In this document: piece by piece, positions 25,550-35,439 of the stretch
How positions within the stretch are numbered: position 1 is the first letter of the stretch
Layout: every line of letters begins with the position of its first letter
Assembly (NCBI GenBank): GCA_919902675.1
Contig: CAKKRH010000007.1
Span: forward strand, 12,942 to 76,941
Reading direction: 5' to 3'
From: Omnitrophica bacterium GWA2_41_15
Lineage (GTDB): Bacteria; Omnitrophota; Gorgyraeia; Gygaellales; UBA12090
DNA: 64,000 nt
Translations under genes and position numbers: made by a program
The notes under the pieces: model-generated
The model's input: only the letters and a program-made list of their open reading frames with translations
Databases searched by the model: none
Told to the model about the DNA's origin: nothing

Positions 25550-26116
25550 ATGAGAATCTTTATCGCGATTAAATTAGAAAACGAGATAAAAGACAAACTA
25601 TCTCAGATACAGGAGGAGCTTAAATCGGCTCAGGCGGATGTCCGCTGGGTAAAGCCCGAAAATATCCACCTTACTTTAAAATTCCTGGGTGAGACCCCGG
25701 TTGAAGAAACAAAAATTCCGGAAATAATTCGGTGCCTGAAAGAGCTTGGCGGTCAAATAAAACCTTTTACTGCCAGGATAAGCGGTATGGGGGCCTTCCC
25801 TAGTTTAAAATCGGCCCGGGTGATTTGGGTAGGAGTTAAAGAAGACACTACTGAACTTACGAAGTTAGCCGGGATGATAGAAGACAGCTTGGTAAAATTA
25901 GGGTTTCCTGAAGAAAAGAGAAAGTTTTCCGCCCATCTTACTTTGGGCAGGCTAAGGTCAAATAAAAATAAAGACAAACTCGGCCAGAAACTTGAAAAAT
26001 TTAAAATCCCTGGACTGAGCGTGCGGATAAACTCAATCGCGCTGTTTGAAAGCGTGCTTCATCCAACAGGCGCGGCTTATCAAAAATTAAGCGAGATCAG
26101 CTTGAGCAAGATCTGA
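25550..26116 (+). CDS. thpR: RNA 2',3'-cyclic phosphodiesterase (2H phosphoesterase, ThpR/LigT)
   Basis: 188-aa ORF with two HxTx motifs: HLTLKFLG and HLTLGR. Confidence 0.85.
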   Translation: MRIFIAIKLENEIKDKLSQIQEELKSAQADVRWVKPENIHLTLKFLGETPVEETKIPEIIRCLKELGGQIKPFTARISGMGAFPSLKSARVIWVGVKEDTTELTKLAGMIEDSLVKLGFPEEKRKFSAHLTLGRLRSNKNKDKLGQKLEKFKIPGLSVRINSIALFESVLHPTGAAYQKLSEISLSKI

Positions 26117-26541
26117 AGGGTGATATTCACAAAAATCCCGGCCAGCAAATCATCCCCCATCACCCCAAGGCTGCCGTTAATCTTTTCCACTTTATATATG
26201 GGATAAGGCTTAAGCCCATCCATAATCCGAAAGAGAATAAAACCGGCCAGGCTTAATTTAAAGCTGTAGGGTAGGAATAATAAACTTACCCACATTCCGT
26301 AGAAATCATCAATGACTATCTGGCGGGCATCCTTCTTGTTGAATATAGCTTCCGCTCTCGCGGATAATCCAAAGCCGATTATAGTTACTAAGATAGTCAG
26401 GCCCAGATGCAGAGCTGTATTGCCTTTAATAAAAAACACATACACTAAAAATCCCACTAAGGAGGCCAATGTCCCGGGAACAAATTTGCTATAACCAATA
26501 TAGAATACGCTGGTCAGTGTTTTAATCAGGAATATTGACAT
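26080..26541 (-). CDS. pgpA: phosphatidylglycerophosphatase A
   Basis: 153-aa membrane ORF with VPGTLASLVG and MGDDLLAG, which are PgpA-family motifs. Confidence 0.8.
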   Translation of the reverse strand: MSIFLIKTLTSVFYIGYSKFVPGTLASLVGFLVYVFFIKGNTALHLGLTILVTIIGFGLSARAEAIFNKKDARQIVIDDFYGMWVSLLFLPYSFKLSLAGFILFRIMDGLKPYPIYKVEKINGSLGVMGDDLLAGIFVNITLQILLKLISLNF

Positions 26542-26583
26542 ATTTATTCTGTTTTGCGCTGGGGCGCGGGCCCCAAGCCCTCC

Positions 26584-27159
26584 CTATGAAGTAAAAACCT
26601 TGCGGTTAACCCATACATACGATATTCCTGAAATAAGAGTAAGCACAGCCGTAACCAGCATCGCGATATAGGCTAAGGCGCGGGTTGTGTTGTCAAAGGA
26701 GCCTTGCCAGGCAGACATATTCAACATTGCCTCTTTGACAACCATCGATATCAAGATAATAAAGATAGCGGTCATTTGGGATACGGTCTTATGTTTGCCG
26801 GACCTGGAGGCGGCGATAACCTTTCCCTTGGACAAGGCAAAGATGCGCAAAGAAGTAATCATTACCTCTCTAAAGATAATCACCATTACCGTCCAGGCCG
26901 GGATAAGCTGAAGCTGGATAAAGCTTAAGAAAGCCGCCAGCACCAGAATCTTATCCGCTATAGGATCCATAATCTTGCCAAAATCAGTAATCAGGTTCCT
27001 GGCTTTGGCGATCTTTCCGTCAAATAAATCAGTAAGGGCGGCGGCGGTAAAAACCAATAGCGCCAAAATCTTAAAAGTCAAACCCTGGGAAAATATAAAA
27101 AACATAAAGACAAAGGTCAGGATTATCCGTAATATGGTAAGTTGATTGGGTAGATTCAT
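26584..27159 (-). CDS. pgsA: CDP-diacylglycerol--glycerol-3-phosphate 3-phosphatidyltransferase
   Basis: 191-aa ORF. LTDLFDGKIAKARNLITDFGKIMDPIADK is the CDP-alcohol phosphatidyltransferase motif D(x2)DG(x2)AR...G(x3)D(x3)D. Confidence 0.9.
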   Translation of the reverse strand: MNLPNQLTILRIILTFVFMFFIFSQGLTFKILALLVFTAAALTDLFDGKIAKARNLITDFGKIMDPIADKILVLAAFLSFIQLQLIPAWTVMVIIFREVMITSLRIFALSKGKVIAASRSGKHKTVSQMTAIFIILISMVVKEAMLNMSAWQGSFDNTTRALAYIAMLVTAVLTLISGISYVWVNRKVFTS

Positions 27160-28412
27160 ACTGCCTCAGCTGCTAAGTCGTATTCACAGGTATCTATGAT
27201 TTTAGCCTTTATAAATGAACCGATTGACAACGGCTTCCCGGACTTAACGGACACCGCCTGGTCAACCTCCGGGGCGTCTATCTCCAGGCGCCCGATATAA
27301 TTCCCTTCCGATTCTTTTTCGTCAATTAGCACTTCCAGGGTTTTACCCAGGAATTCGCGGTTATTTTCCTCTGAAATTACTTTTTGTTCGCGCATTATCA
27401 GGTCAAAGCGCTCTTTTTTAATTTTCTCCGGCACCTGGTGGGGATAATCATAGGCCGCGGTCCCTTCTTCCCGAGAATACCGAAAAACCCCCAGACGCTC
27501 AAACCTCTGCTCCTTAACAAAAGAAACCAACTCTTTAAATTCCCTATCCGTCTCACCCGGAAAACCCACAATCAAAGAAGTGCGGATGGCCGCTGTAGGA
27601 ATTTTCTGGCGTAAATCCGATAACATACGGATTATCTTTTTTTTATCATGAGGACGCTTCATCGCCTTAAGGACGCGCCGGTTAATATGCTGTAAAGGCA
27701 GATCCACGTATTTACAAATCTTCGGTTCTTCCGCTATCAAGCGGATTAAATCCGAAGTTAAGTTCTCAGGATACAAATACAAAAGCCTGAGCCAGCGGAC
27801 ATTATTCAGAGCGCCGATAATTTTAGTAAGCAGACCGCTTAAAGACAATTTTTTATCTATGTCCAGGCCATAGATACTGATATCCTGGCCGATAATATTT
27901 ATCTCCGCCTTCTTTTCTTCATCCAACCTTTTTACTTCCTCAATTATAGATTCAGCCGCGCGGCTTTTGAGCCTGCCCTTAATTTTAGGAATAACGCAAA
28001 AACTGCAGGAATGATTACATCCTTCGGATATCTTTAGATAACCGGTATGTCCGGCAGTGAGGGGATATTTCTTATGGGAGAGGCCGCCCTCAAATTCCAG
28101 CCTTCCCACAAAGGCATCCACCTCAGACAGATTAGATAAAAGCTCAGACTTATAACGCTGGCTAAGGCAGCCGGCAACAATAATTTTCTTTAGCCGCCCT
28201 TCTTTTTTTAGTTCGACCAGGTCAAGAATGGCATCCACGGATTCCTTTTTGGCCTCGTCAATAAAGGAACAGGTATTCACCAGACCGATATCGGCATCCT
28301 GAATGTCCACAATCTTATAGCCTTTGGCGCTCAGGCGCCCGAGTATACTCTCCGAATCCACCAAGTTGCGCGGACAACCCAAACTGATAATTCCTACCTT
28401 ATTAAGCTTCAT
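27156..28412 (-). CDS. rimO: ribosomal protein S12 methylthiotransferase
   Basis: 418-aa ORF. It has a UPF0004 N-domain (GIISLGCPRNLVDSE), a radical-SAM CNHSCSFC motif and a C-terminal TRAM domain. Confidence 0.9.
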   Translation of the reverse strand: MKLNKVGIISLGCPRNLVDSESILGRLSAKGYKIVDIQDADIGLVNTCSFIDEAKKESVDAILDLVELKKEGRLKKIIVAGCLSQRYKSELLSNLSEVDAFVGRLEFEGGLSHKKYPLTAGHTGYLKISEGCNHSCSFCVIPKIKGRLKSRAAESIIEEVKRLDEEKKAEINIIGQDISIYGLDIDKKLSLSGLLTKIIGALNNVRWLRLLYLYPENLTSDLIRLIAEEPKICKYVDLPLQHINRRVLKAMKRPHDKKKIIRMLSDLRQKIPTAAIRTSLIVGFPGETDREFKELVSFVKEQRFERLGVFRYSREEGTAAYDYPHQVPEKIKKERFDLIMREQKVISEENNREFLGKTLEVLIDEKESEGNYIGRLEIDAPEVDQAVSVKSGKPLSIGSFIKAKIIDTCEYDLAAEAV

Positions 28413-28495
28413 GGGTAAGGTCTATGTAATCAATATCCGCTTTAATAGCGTCATAAATGACGCCGCTACCGTAGCGGTGCGATTTATCGCACACA

Positions 28496-28537
28496 ATCCG
28501 CCAAGTTACGCGGACAACCCAGGCTGATAATCCCTAT
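28496..28537 (-). repeat. ghost copy of rimO codons 6-19, directly after the rodZ stop
   Basis: The reverse complement encodes IGIISLGCPRNLAD; the real gene encodes VGIISLGCPRNLVD (28356-28397). Identity is 36/42 nt: four of the six differences are synonymous and two are conservative. Confidence 0.8.
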
Positions 28538-28542
28538 TTTTT

Positions 28543-29472
28543 TTATAATACTTTGAGGCCTTCGCTATTGATGAGTATATTTTTGATCGGCTGGCCGCGC
28601 TTGCCTAAAGAAGAGAATATTTTTTCGCCAATTTCAAGCACGATCGCGCCGGCATCGGCAACTGAGAGCTCAATTTTTTCCCTGGCTGTCCAGCTTTCCG
28701 CTTTTCCCTTGCGCAGGACGCCCTGATAAACCATCTGAGCGTCAACTTTCACCTTGAGGAAATTATCCTCCTGGGCCCGGACTACCACAGTTATCGCTTT
28801 CGGCTTGGTTTCCTTGATACTAGCTGAGGCTTGAACTTTAACCTTTGAGGCGTCTTGCTGAGGGGAAGCTTTGGGAAGGGCTTGGGATTTAAGAGGCTTA
28901 TTTCCCTTAATAATTACCTTTTGAGGCGGTTTTTTAGGAGATACCACGGCTTGGCTCTTAGGCTTAACCCGAGGAAGCTGTATCTTGGGGATATTTTCTT
29001 TGATAAAAACAAATCCTTTGTAGGCTACGGCCAAAGAAAGCAAAGAGGCGATAACCAGGAGAACTATGAAAACATTTTTCTTGTTATTTAAGATAAACGC
29101 CGGCCATGGAGACGACTCAGTGGATACCTTGGGTTCTCCTCTTGTCTTCCTTGCACTATAAGCATTGGTTTTTGCCCTTCGGCCTGGTTCGACCGCGCCC
29201 ACCACAGGCCGCACATGCTTGCTGGGAGACACCGCAGAACCACTAAGCATAGGCAGAGGATGTTCCTTGAGAAAATCCGCCCAGGCAATCCCCAAAAAGC
29301 GGCAGTAGAGCTTTAAAAAACCCTTAAGATAGATCGGTTCAACATTATCTATCCTGCCTCCTTCAATAGCCCGAATTACCGGCGCTGAAATCTTGGTGCC
29401 TTTGCTAACCTGCTCGATAGAATAACCCTTTTCCTCGCGGATATTCTTTAGGTATTCGCCTGCTTTAAGCAT
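28543..29472 (-). CDS. rodZ: RodZ-like cytoskeleton protein (HTH + TM + DUF4115-like C-domain)
   Basis: It has an N-terminal XRE-type HTH (GEYLKNIREEKGYSIEQVSKGTKIS), a central TM and a P/K-rich linker. The C-terminal beta domain reads LKVKVDAQMVYQGVLRKGKAESW. The ATG at 29472 is 4 nt after the ftsK stop. Confidence 0.7.
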   Translation of the reverse strand: MLKAGEYLKNIREEKGYSIEQVSKGTKISAPVIRAIEGGRIDNVEPIYLKGFLKLYCRFLGIAWADFLKEHPLPMLSGSAVSPSKHVRPVVGAVEPGRRAKTNAYSARKTRGEPKVSTESSPWPAFILNNKKNVFIVLLVIASLLSLAVAYKGFVFIKENIPKIQLPRVKPKSQAVVSPKKPPQKVIIKGNKPLKSQALPKASPQQDASKVKVQASASIKETKPKAITVVVRAQEDNFLKVKVDAQMVYQGVLRKGKAESWTAREKIELSVADAGAIVLEIGEKIFSSLGKRGQPIKNILINSEGLKVL

Positions 29473-29476
29473 AAGA

Positions 29477-31705
29477 TTATTCACCTTCTTCCTCTGCCTC
29501 AACGCTTAAGGCCGGGCTGAAACCGCGCTCCCTAAGCCAAAGCTGGCGGTCAACTAATATCTTGCGGGGCTTACTTCCCTGGTAAGGGCCGACTATTCCT
29601 TCCTCCTCCATAGAATCAATTATCCGGGCGGCCCGGGTATAGCCGAGCATCAACTTTCTCTGGAGTATGGAAACCGAGGCCTGATTGCTCTCTAATATTA
29701 TCCGGGCGGCTTCATCAAAAAGCTCATCCTTTTCCCGGTCGGAAATACTTGCCTGCTTAGACTGTTCTTTAAGAATAGTTTCTTCGTAAACCGGCTCGGC
29801 CTGGGCCTTGATAAAATTGACCACTTTTTCTATCTCATCGTCCTTTAACAGCGGCCCCTGGGCCCGGATAAGCCTAGACTCACCCGGACGCATAAAAAGC
29901 AGGTCACCCCGGCCCAGAAGTTTATCCGCGCCGTTAGCATCCAATACCGTGCGGGAGTCCACCTTAGAGGCAACCTTAAAGGAAATCCTGGAGGGAAAGT
30001 TTGCTTTGATTACCCCGGTAATAACATCTACCGAAGGCCTCTGAGTAGCCAAAATAAGATGTATGCCCACCGCCCGCGAAAGCTGGGCCAGGCGGGTAAT
30101 AGTGCTCTCAATCTGGTTAGCCGCTACCATCATCAGATCAGCCAACTCATCAATCACCACTACAATATAAGAAAGCCTTTCTTCCTGCTTCTGGTTGTAG
30201 GCCTCAATATTCCTTGAGCCGGCCTTAGCCAACATCCGATACCTCTCCTCCATCTCATTAACTATCCAGCCAAGAGCGGTAGAGGCTTTTTTAGCGTCGG
30301 TTACCACCGGACAAAGCATATGCGGCAGGCCGTTATAAATTGACATCTCCACCATCTTGGGGTCAACCATCACAAATTTAAGCTCATCCGGAGACAGACG
30401 GTACAATAAAGAAACAATCAAAGAATTAACGCAGACGGTTTTCCCGCTTCCAGTGGTCCCGGCTATTAGAAGATGAGGCATCTCCCCCAGGTCGGAAACT
30501 ACCGGCCTTCCGGTTATATCCTTACCCAGGGCCAGGGTGAGCTTCTTGGGTGAACTCTGAAACGCGGAACTGGCCAAAATCTCCTTCAGATAAACCGCGC
30601 CCACTGAGGTATTGGGAACCTCTATCCCCACCCGGCTTTTTCCGGGAATGGGGGCGACGATCCGCACCGACTGGGCCTTCATTGCCAGGGCAATATCATC
30701 CCCCAGGGAAACGATTTTTTGGACCTTTACCCCCGGAGCCGGCTCAAGCTCATAACGGGTAATTGCCGGGCCGCGCTCAATGTTGGTAACCCGGGCTGAT
30801 ACTCCAAAGTCAACCAGGGTATCCTCTAAGATGTGGGCATTCGCGGTCAAATCATCCTCCAGATTTTTTTTGGAAGAAATAACTGGGGCATCATCTAATA
30901 AATCTAAAGAAGGTAGTTGATAGCCATTACTGGTTTTTAACTGCACCGGCCTGGGATGCGGCGCGGTTTTTTCTTTTGGCTGGTTATTAATTTTTACCGT
31001 TAATTCCAACGCGGGGTTTGCCCGTCTGCCGGCAGACGGGGAATCAGGCTCGGCTTCTTCTTTTCTTGTCTGGGATTTAATGTTCTTAAGAAGAAGGGGT
31101 GGTGGTTTCAGGGAAGCGGCGATTACCGGCCTTTCTTTTTTATTATTGGGGCCTAATTTGATTTTTAGGGCCGGAAATTTTACCTTTTCTTTTATCCCCT
31201 CAACAACTTTAAGGATAAAATGGGAAACCAAAAACTCCATCACCAGGACACCGGACAAAAGCGCCAGGCTAAGGACAATCACCCAGGAACCGCTGCCGAA
31301 GTAGGAAGATAAAAACCTGGAAAACACAAATCCGGCTATCCCGCCCCTTGCGAAACTAAGCGTATCCGTTTGAGAGGTCAGGGCCGCCAGACTGCTTAAA
31401 GAGAATACTAAGAGCAGGATTCCGGGAATCCTGAAGGGCTCAAAAAAAACCTTACCCTTAAATTTGGCGAGGCCCCAGCAGAATAAAATCAAAGGCAGGA
31501 TATAGCTTATCCAGCCGATAGCAAAAAACAGGCCGGCAGACATTCCGGCCCCAAAAATACGAATAATATTTTTTACGGGAAAATTAACCGGATAGCTAAA
31601 AAAAGAGATGTCTTCGGGAGTGTAAGAGATCAACCCCAGGAAAATCAGGAGTCCTACGGCAATAATTATGATGCCCTTGATCTCGTTTAAATGGCGGGAA
31701 TTCAT
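29477..31705 (-). CDS. ftsK: DNA translocase FtsK
   Basis: 742-aa ORF. It has N-terminal TM helices, a linker, Walker A GTTGSGKT, the motor domain and a C-terminal gamma winged helix (SVSILQRKLMLGYTRAARIID). Confidence 0.95.
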   Translation of the reverse strand: MNSRHLNEIKGIIIIAVGLLIFLGLISYTPEDISFFSYPVNFPVKNIIRIFGAGMSAGLFFAIGWISYILPLILFCWGLAKFKGKVFFEPFRIPGILLLVFSLSSLAALTSQTDTLSFARGGIAGFVFSRFLSSYFGSGSWVIVLSLALLSGVLVMEFLVSHFILKVVEGIKEKVKFPALKIKLGPNNKKERPVIAASLKPPPLLLKNIKSQTRKEEAEPDSPSAGRRANPALELTVKINNQPKEKTAPHPRPVQLKTSNGYQLPSLDLLDDAPVISSKKNLEDDLTANAHILEDTLVDFGVSARVTNIERGPAITRYELEPAPGVKVQKIVSLGDDIALAMKAQSVRIVAPIPGKSRVGIEVPNTSVGAVYLKEILASSAFQSSPKKLTLALGKDITGRPVVSDLGEMPHLLIAGTTGSGKTVCVNSLIVSLLYRLSPDELKFVMVDPKMVEMSIYNGLPHMLCPVVTDAKKASTALGWIVNEMEERYRMLAKAGSRNIEAYNQKQEERLSYIVVVIDELADLMMVAANQIESTITRLAQLSRAVGIHLILATQRPSVDVITGVIKANFPSRISFKVASKVDSRTVLDANGADKLLGRGDLLFMRPGESRLIRAQGPLLKDDEIEKVVNFIKAQAEPVYEETILKEQSKQASISDREKDELFDEAARIILESNQASVSILQRKLMLGYTRAARIIDSMEEEGIVGPYQGSKPRKILVDRQLWLRERGFSPALSVEAEEEGE

Positions 31706-31853
31706 GAGAAGTCAAAAGTCAAAACGAAAAAGGCAAAAGTACAAGGAAAAATTCAAAACCTTCATATTCTTTAAGTTTTTACTTTAAACTTGTGGTTTTT
31801 ACTTTTTACTTTTTCCTTTTTCCTTTACTTTAAACCTCTATATTTAACAGCGT
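31706..31853. repeat. purine-rich/pyrimidine-rich low-complexity hairpin region (AAAGTCA / AAAAGT words)
   Basis: The left arm AAGTCAAAAGTCAAAACGAAAAAGGCAAAAGTACAAGG faces TTGTGGTTTTTACTTTTTACTTTTTCCTTTTTCCTTTACTT. It lies between pnp and ftsK. Confidence 0.55.
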
Positions 31854-33935
31854 TTATTTTTCTTCTTCTGCCTGTTTTTTGCTTAGGTTTATCCGGCCCA
31901 TATCATCAATGCCGATGATCTTGACCTTTATCTCATCTCCGATTTTAACCACATCTTCAACATTCTTGATAAACTTGCCGGCCAATTCTGAGACGTGAAC
32001 CAGGCCTTCTTTATTAGGGAGAAATTCGCAAAACGCGCCGAAAGGCATAATCCTTTTAACCTTGGCGGCATAGATTTTTCCCACCTCGGGAACCTCGGTT
32101 AATCCCTTAATCATATCAATCGCCTTGCGGGAAGCCTCGGGATCGCTGGAAGAAACATACACTGAACCGTCATCCTCGATATCAATCGCCGCGCCGCTTA
32201 AGCTGATAATCTTTTTGATATTCTTGCCTCCGGGCCCGATCAACTCACCAATCTTCTCGGTTGAGATTTTTAATATAGTTATCCGTGGGGCAAAGGCGGA
32301 AAGTTCGCTTCTGGGCTCTGATATCGCCGAGCGCATCTTATCTAAGATTATCATCCTGGCGTCTTTGGCGTTAATTAAGGTTTGAGAAACCAAATCCAAA
32401 TTAATACCGTCAATTTTAAGATCTAATTGTATAGCTGTAATACCGCTTATGGTTCCGGCAACCTTGAAATCCATATCTCCAAAATGGTCTTCGACACCGT
32501 TAAGATCAGTCAAAATAACACTGCGCTCCCCTTCTTTCACCAGCCCCATGGCTACCCCGGCTACCGGTTTCTTGATAGGAACACCGGCGTCCATAAGCGA
32601 TAAAGTGGCCGCGCATACTGTGGCCATGCTTGAAGAGCCATTAGACTCAAGGATCTCAGAAACCACTCTCACAGTATAAGGAAACTGCTCCTTGGCCGGC
32701 ATAACCGAAGACAGTGCCCTCTCGGCCAATGCCCCGTGGCCGATTTCTCTTCTGCCCGGGCCGCGCATCGGCTTGGTCTCACCCACGGAAAAAGGCGGAA
32801 AGCTGTAATGCAGCATAAAACTCTTGGAGCTCTCTCCCTCCAAAGCCTCAACTGTCTGTTCATCGGAGCTTGAGCCTAAGGTGGTTATGGCCAGACTCTG
32901 GGTTTGTCCCCGGGTAAACAATCCGGAACCGTGGGTGCGTGGAAGCACGCCAATCTCGCAGGTTATCTGACGTATTTCACCACAAGCGCGATTATCCACG
33001 CGCAGGCCCTTATCCAAAATATGAGTTCGGATGTTCTGCCTCTCAACTTCCTCTAAAGCCAGACGCACATCCTTAACCTCATATCCGTCAACCACAAGCT
33101 TCTCTTCCAGCTCTTGGGCTAAAATATCACTAGCCTCTTCCCTTTGCTCTTTGCCGGAAAGAAGGCAAATTTCCTTTAATTTGTCTTTAGCCATAGACTC
33201 TACCAACCCTAAGAGCTTCGAATCAATCTTTTTATATTTTATCTCGGATTTTTTGCGGCCTATCTTGCGGGAGAAGTCCTCCTGCAGGCTGATAATATCC
33301 TGGATATTCTCAAAAGCAAAACGGATTGCCTCTAAAGCCAATTCCTCGGAAACCTCCTTGAACTTACCTTCAATCATAATCACGCTAGCCCGGTTTGCCA
33401 CCACTATTAAGTCTAGAGCGCTCTTTTCGGTTTCGGCGTAAGTGGGATTCAAGACAAACTTGTCATCTATCCGGCCGACCCGCACCGCCCCCAGGGGGCC
33501 GTTAAAAGGTATATCCGAAATGGCCAAGGCCGCTGAGGCCCCGTTTACCGCCAGGACGTCGGGATCGTTTTCTCCATCGCTGGAGAGAACAATAGCAATC
33601 ACCTGGACCTCATGAACCATGCCCACGGGAAACAAAGGCCGGATAGGCCGGTCAATCAGGCGCGAGGTAAGTATTTCACTCTCCGAAGGCCTGCCCTCCC
33701 GCTTAAAAAACCCCCCGGGGATCCTGCCTGCGGCATAGGTTTTTTCCTGATATTCCACCGTAAGCGGAAAAAAACCTAATTGTTCTTTCGGCTCTTTAGA
33801 CATACACACAGTTACCAGCACCACTGTCCCGCCGCAAGTTACTACTACCGAACCGTTGGCCTGCTTGGCCAGCTTGCCGGTTTCAATAATCAAATCGCTT
33901 TTGCCAAATTTAATTCTCGTCTGTTCAGGTTTCAT
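31854..33935 (-). CDS. pnp: polyribonucleotide nucleotidyltransferase (PNPase)
   Basis: 693-aa ORF with two RNase PH domains, a KH domain (GPGGKNIKKI) and a C-terminal S1 domain (VGKIYAAKVKRIMPFGAFCEF). Confidence 0.95.
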   Translation of the reverse strand: MKPEQTRIKFGKSDLIIETGKLAKQANGSVVVTCGGTVVLVTVCMSKEPKEQLGFFPLTVEYQEKTYAAGRIPGGFFKREGRPSESEILTSRLIDRPIRPLFPVGMVHEVQVIAIVLSSDGENDPDVLAVNGASAALAISDIPFNGPLGAVRVGRIDDKFVLNPTYAETEKSALDLIVVANRASVIMIEGKFKEVSEELALEAIRFAFENIQDIISLQEDFSRKIGRKKSEIKYKKIDSKLLGLVESMAKDKLKEICLLSGKEQREEASDILAQELEEKLVVDGYEVKDVRLALEEVERQNIRTHILDKGLRVDNRACGEIRQITCEIGVLPRTHGSGLFTRGQTQSLAITTLGSSSDEQTVEALEGESSKSFMLHYSFPPFSVGETKPMRGPGRREIGHGALAERALSSVMPAKEQFPYTVRVVSEILESNGSSSMATVCAATLSLMDAGVPIKKPVAGVAMGLVKEGERSVILTDLNGVEDHFGDMDFKVAGTISGITAIQLDLKIDGINLDLVSQTLINAKDARMIILDKMRSAISEPRSELSAFAPRITILKISTEKIGELIGPGGKNIKKIISLSGAAIDIEDDGSVYVSSSDPEASRKAIDMIKGLTEVPEVGKIYAAKVKRIMPFGAFCEFLPNKEGLVHVSELAGKFIKNVEDVVKIGDEIKVKIIGIDDMGRINLSKKQAEEEK

Positions 33936-34067
33936 TTTTTCCTTATTTTGAGATCGTTAAAAAACTCTGTTTTTTAACGATATCATCCTGAGGAGGGACG
34001 CAAGTCCCGACGAAGGATCTCATACAGAAATATTTCAAGATGAGAACTCTCAGGGGTTTTACAACGG

Positions 34068-34337
34068 TCATTTTCTTAAGTTAAGTTTGGTTAAAACTTC
34101 CTGGTATTTTTTATTATCTTCTTTTTTCAGATAATTCAAAAGCCGGCGCCTCTTTCCCACCATGCCCAAAAGCCCCCGGCGGGAATGATGGTCTTTCTTG
34201 TGGGTCTTAAAATGCTCGCCCAACTGATTTATCCTCTCGGTAAGAATAGCCGTCTGCACCGAGGCGGAGCCGGTGTCTTTGGGATGTTCCTTATAATCCG
34301 AGATTATTTTCTGTTTCTTTTCCTTTTCTATTGCCAA
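34068..34337 (-). CDS. rpsO: 30S ribosomal protein S15
   Basis: [21 protein letters not shown] is the S15 signature. The track ORF is N-terminally over-extended. I prefer TTG at 34335-34337 (reading (M)AIEKEKKQ..., 89 aa) because GGAGGTG lies 5 nt upstream. Confidence 0.85.
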   Translation of the reverse strand: MAIEKEKKQKIISDYKEHPKDTGSASVQTAILTERINQLGEHFKTHKKDHHSRRGLLGMVGKRRRLLNYLKKEDNKKYQEVLTKLNLRK

Positions 34338-34434
34338 TTTAACACCTCCATATTTTCGGCTTCCGGCAGTAATTATAACCACCAGGGCCATATTAAACAA
34401 ATAACACTCTTTTTAGTCTTCTAAGTATACTATA

Positions 34435-35409
34435 TTAACCCTCTACGGTCAAGGATTCTTTAAAAAACATGCTGGATAAGAGCCTTCTTTTACCTAAGGC
34501 CGAAGGCGCGCATTTTAAGACCCCGGAAACCAATTTTTTTAGCGCCTTAGGCCGGAAAAACAATAAGTAAACCGCCGCGGCGCAATCATATAAGATAACA
34601 AATGGCAGGGAACTTAAGAAACCCAGCCAGGTTTCATTCTTAATTATGGCCAGCCAGCGGTTTTTCATCAAATCCGCGCATAGGTCGTCATCTAAGTAAT
34701 GGCGGGCAAATCTCCTGCCTATACCCTCATCCCGGCGCACCGTGGCTCCCCGGGCATGATAGGCTATTGCCTGGGGGATATAGTAACCCCTCCACCCGGC
34801 CCTCTGGGCCCGCCAGGCCATATCCAGGTCCTCATAAAAGATATGGAAATCTGGATCAAAATACTCCTGACCAATCTTAATCTCTTCCAGCATCTGCCTG
34901 CGGTAGAAGGCAACCGCTCCATTTACCCCAAAAATGTATTCCTCCCTTTCGAATCTTCCGGTATCAATCAATCCATGCCCTCTTTCCCCGGCTGTGCGCC
35001 AGACACTCAAGAACAGCCCGGTTGAGTCTATGGTTTTGCCGTCGGCGCGTAAAACCTTGGCGCTGACCATGCCGATTTTACTATCTTTACCAAATCCCTT
35101 TAAGGCTTGTGTAAGAAAATCCTTATCCAGGACTACATCATCGTTTAAGCAAAAGATAAACTCGCCTGAGCTTAAGGCTATGCCTTTATTCAGAGCCTGG
35201 CAGTAAAACAGATTCTCTCCTGATGAATACAGCCTGGCCTGGGGGTAATCCTCTTTTATCAGGCGGCTGAACTCGGAGTCAAGCGAATTATCAATGACTA
35301 TGATTTCGTAAGAAGAATAGACCTGCTTAAGCAGGGAATCCAGGCAAAGCCTAAGATAATCCTTCACCCCCTGGCTTACGATAACAATACTTACCAATGT
35401 ATTTGACAT
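34435..35409 (-). CDS. family 2 glycosyltransferase
   Basis: VSIVIVSQGVKDYLRLCLDSLLKQ...YEIIVIDNS and a later DDD-type motif (LNDDVVL) fit a GT-A fold. The start is at 35409 or 35415. Confidence 0.8.
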   Translation of the reverse strand: MSNTLVSIVIVSQGVKDYLRLCLDSLLKQVYSSYEIIVIDNSLDSEFSRLIKEDYPQARLYSSGENLFYCQALNKGIALSSGEFIFCLNDDVVLDKDFLTQALKGFGKDSKIGMVSAKVLRADGKTIDSTGLFLSVWRTAGERGHGLIDTGRFEREEYIFGVNGAVAFYRRQMLEEIKIGQEYFDPDFHIFYEDLDMAWRAQRAGWRGYYIPQAIAYHARGATVRRDEGIGRRFARHYLDDDLCADLMKNRWLAIIKNETWLGFLSSLPFVILYDCAAAVYLLFFRPKALKKLVSGVLKCAPSALGKRRLLSSMFFKESLTVEG

Positions 35410-35430
35410 TTGCATTTGGCGCGCTACAAT
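35403..35430 (+). promoter_or_regulatory. promoter candidate for the O-antigen-ligase-like gene (short or no leader)
   Basis: Plus strand reads TTGACA (35403-35408), a 16-nt spacer, then TACAAT (35425-35430). The ATG at 35440 is only 9 nt downstream. Confidence 0.5.
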
Positions 35431-35439
35431 TTAAGGATA

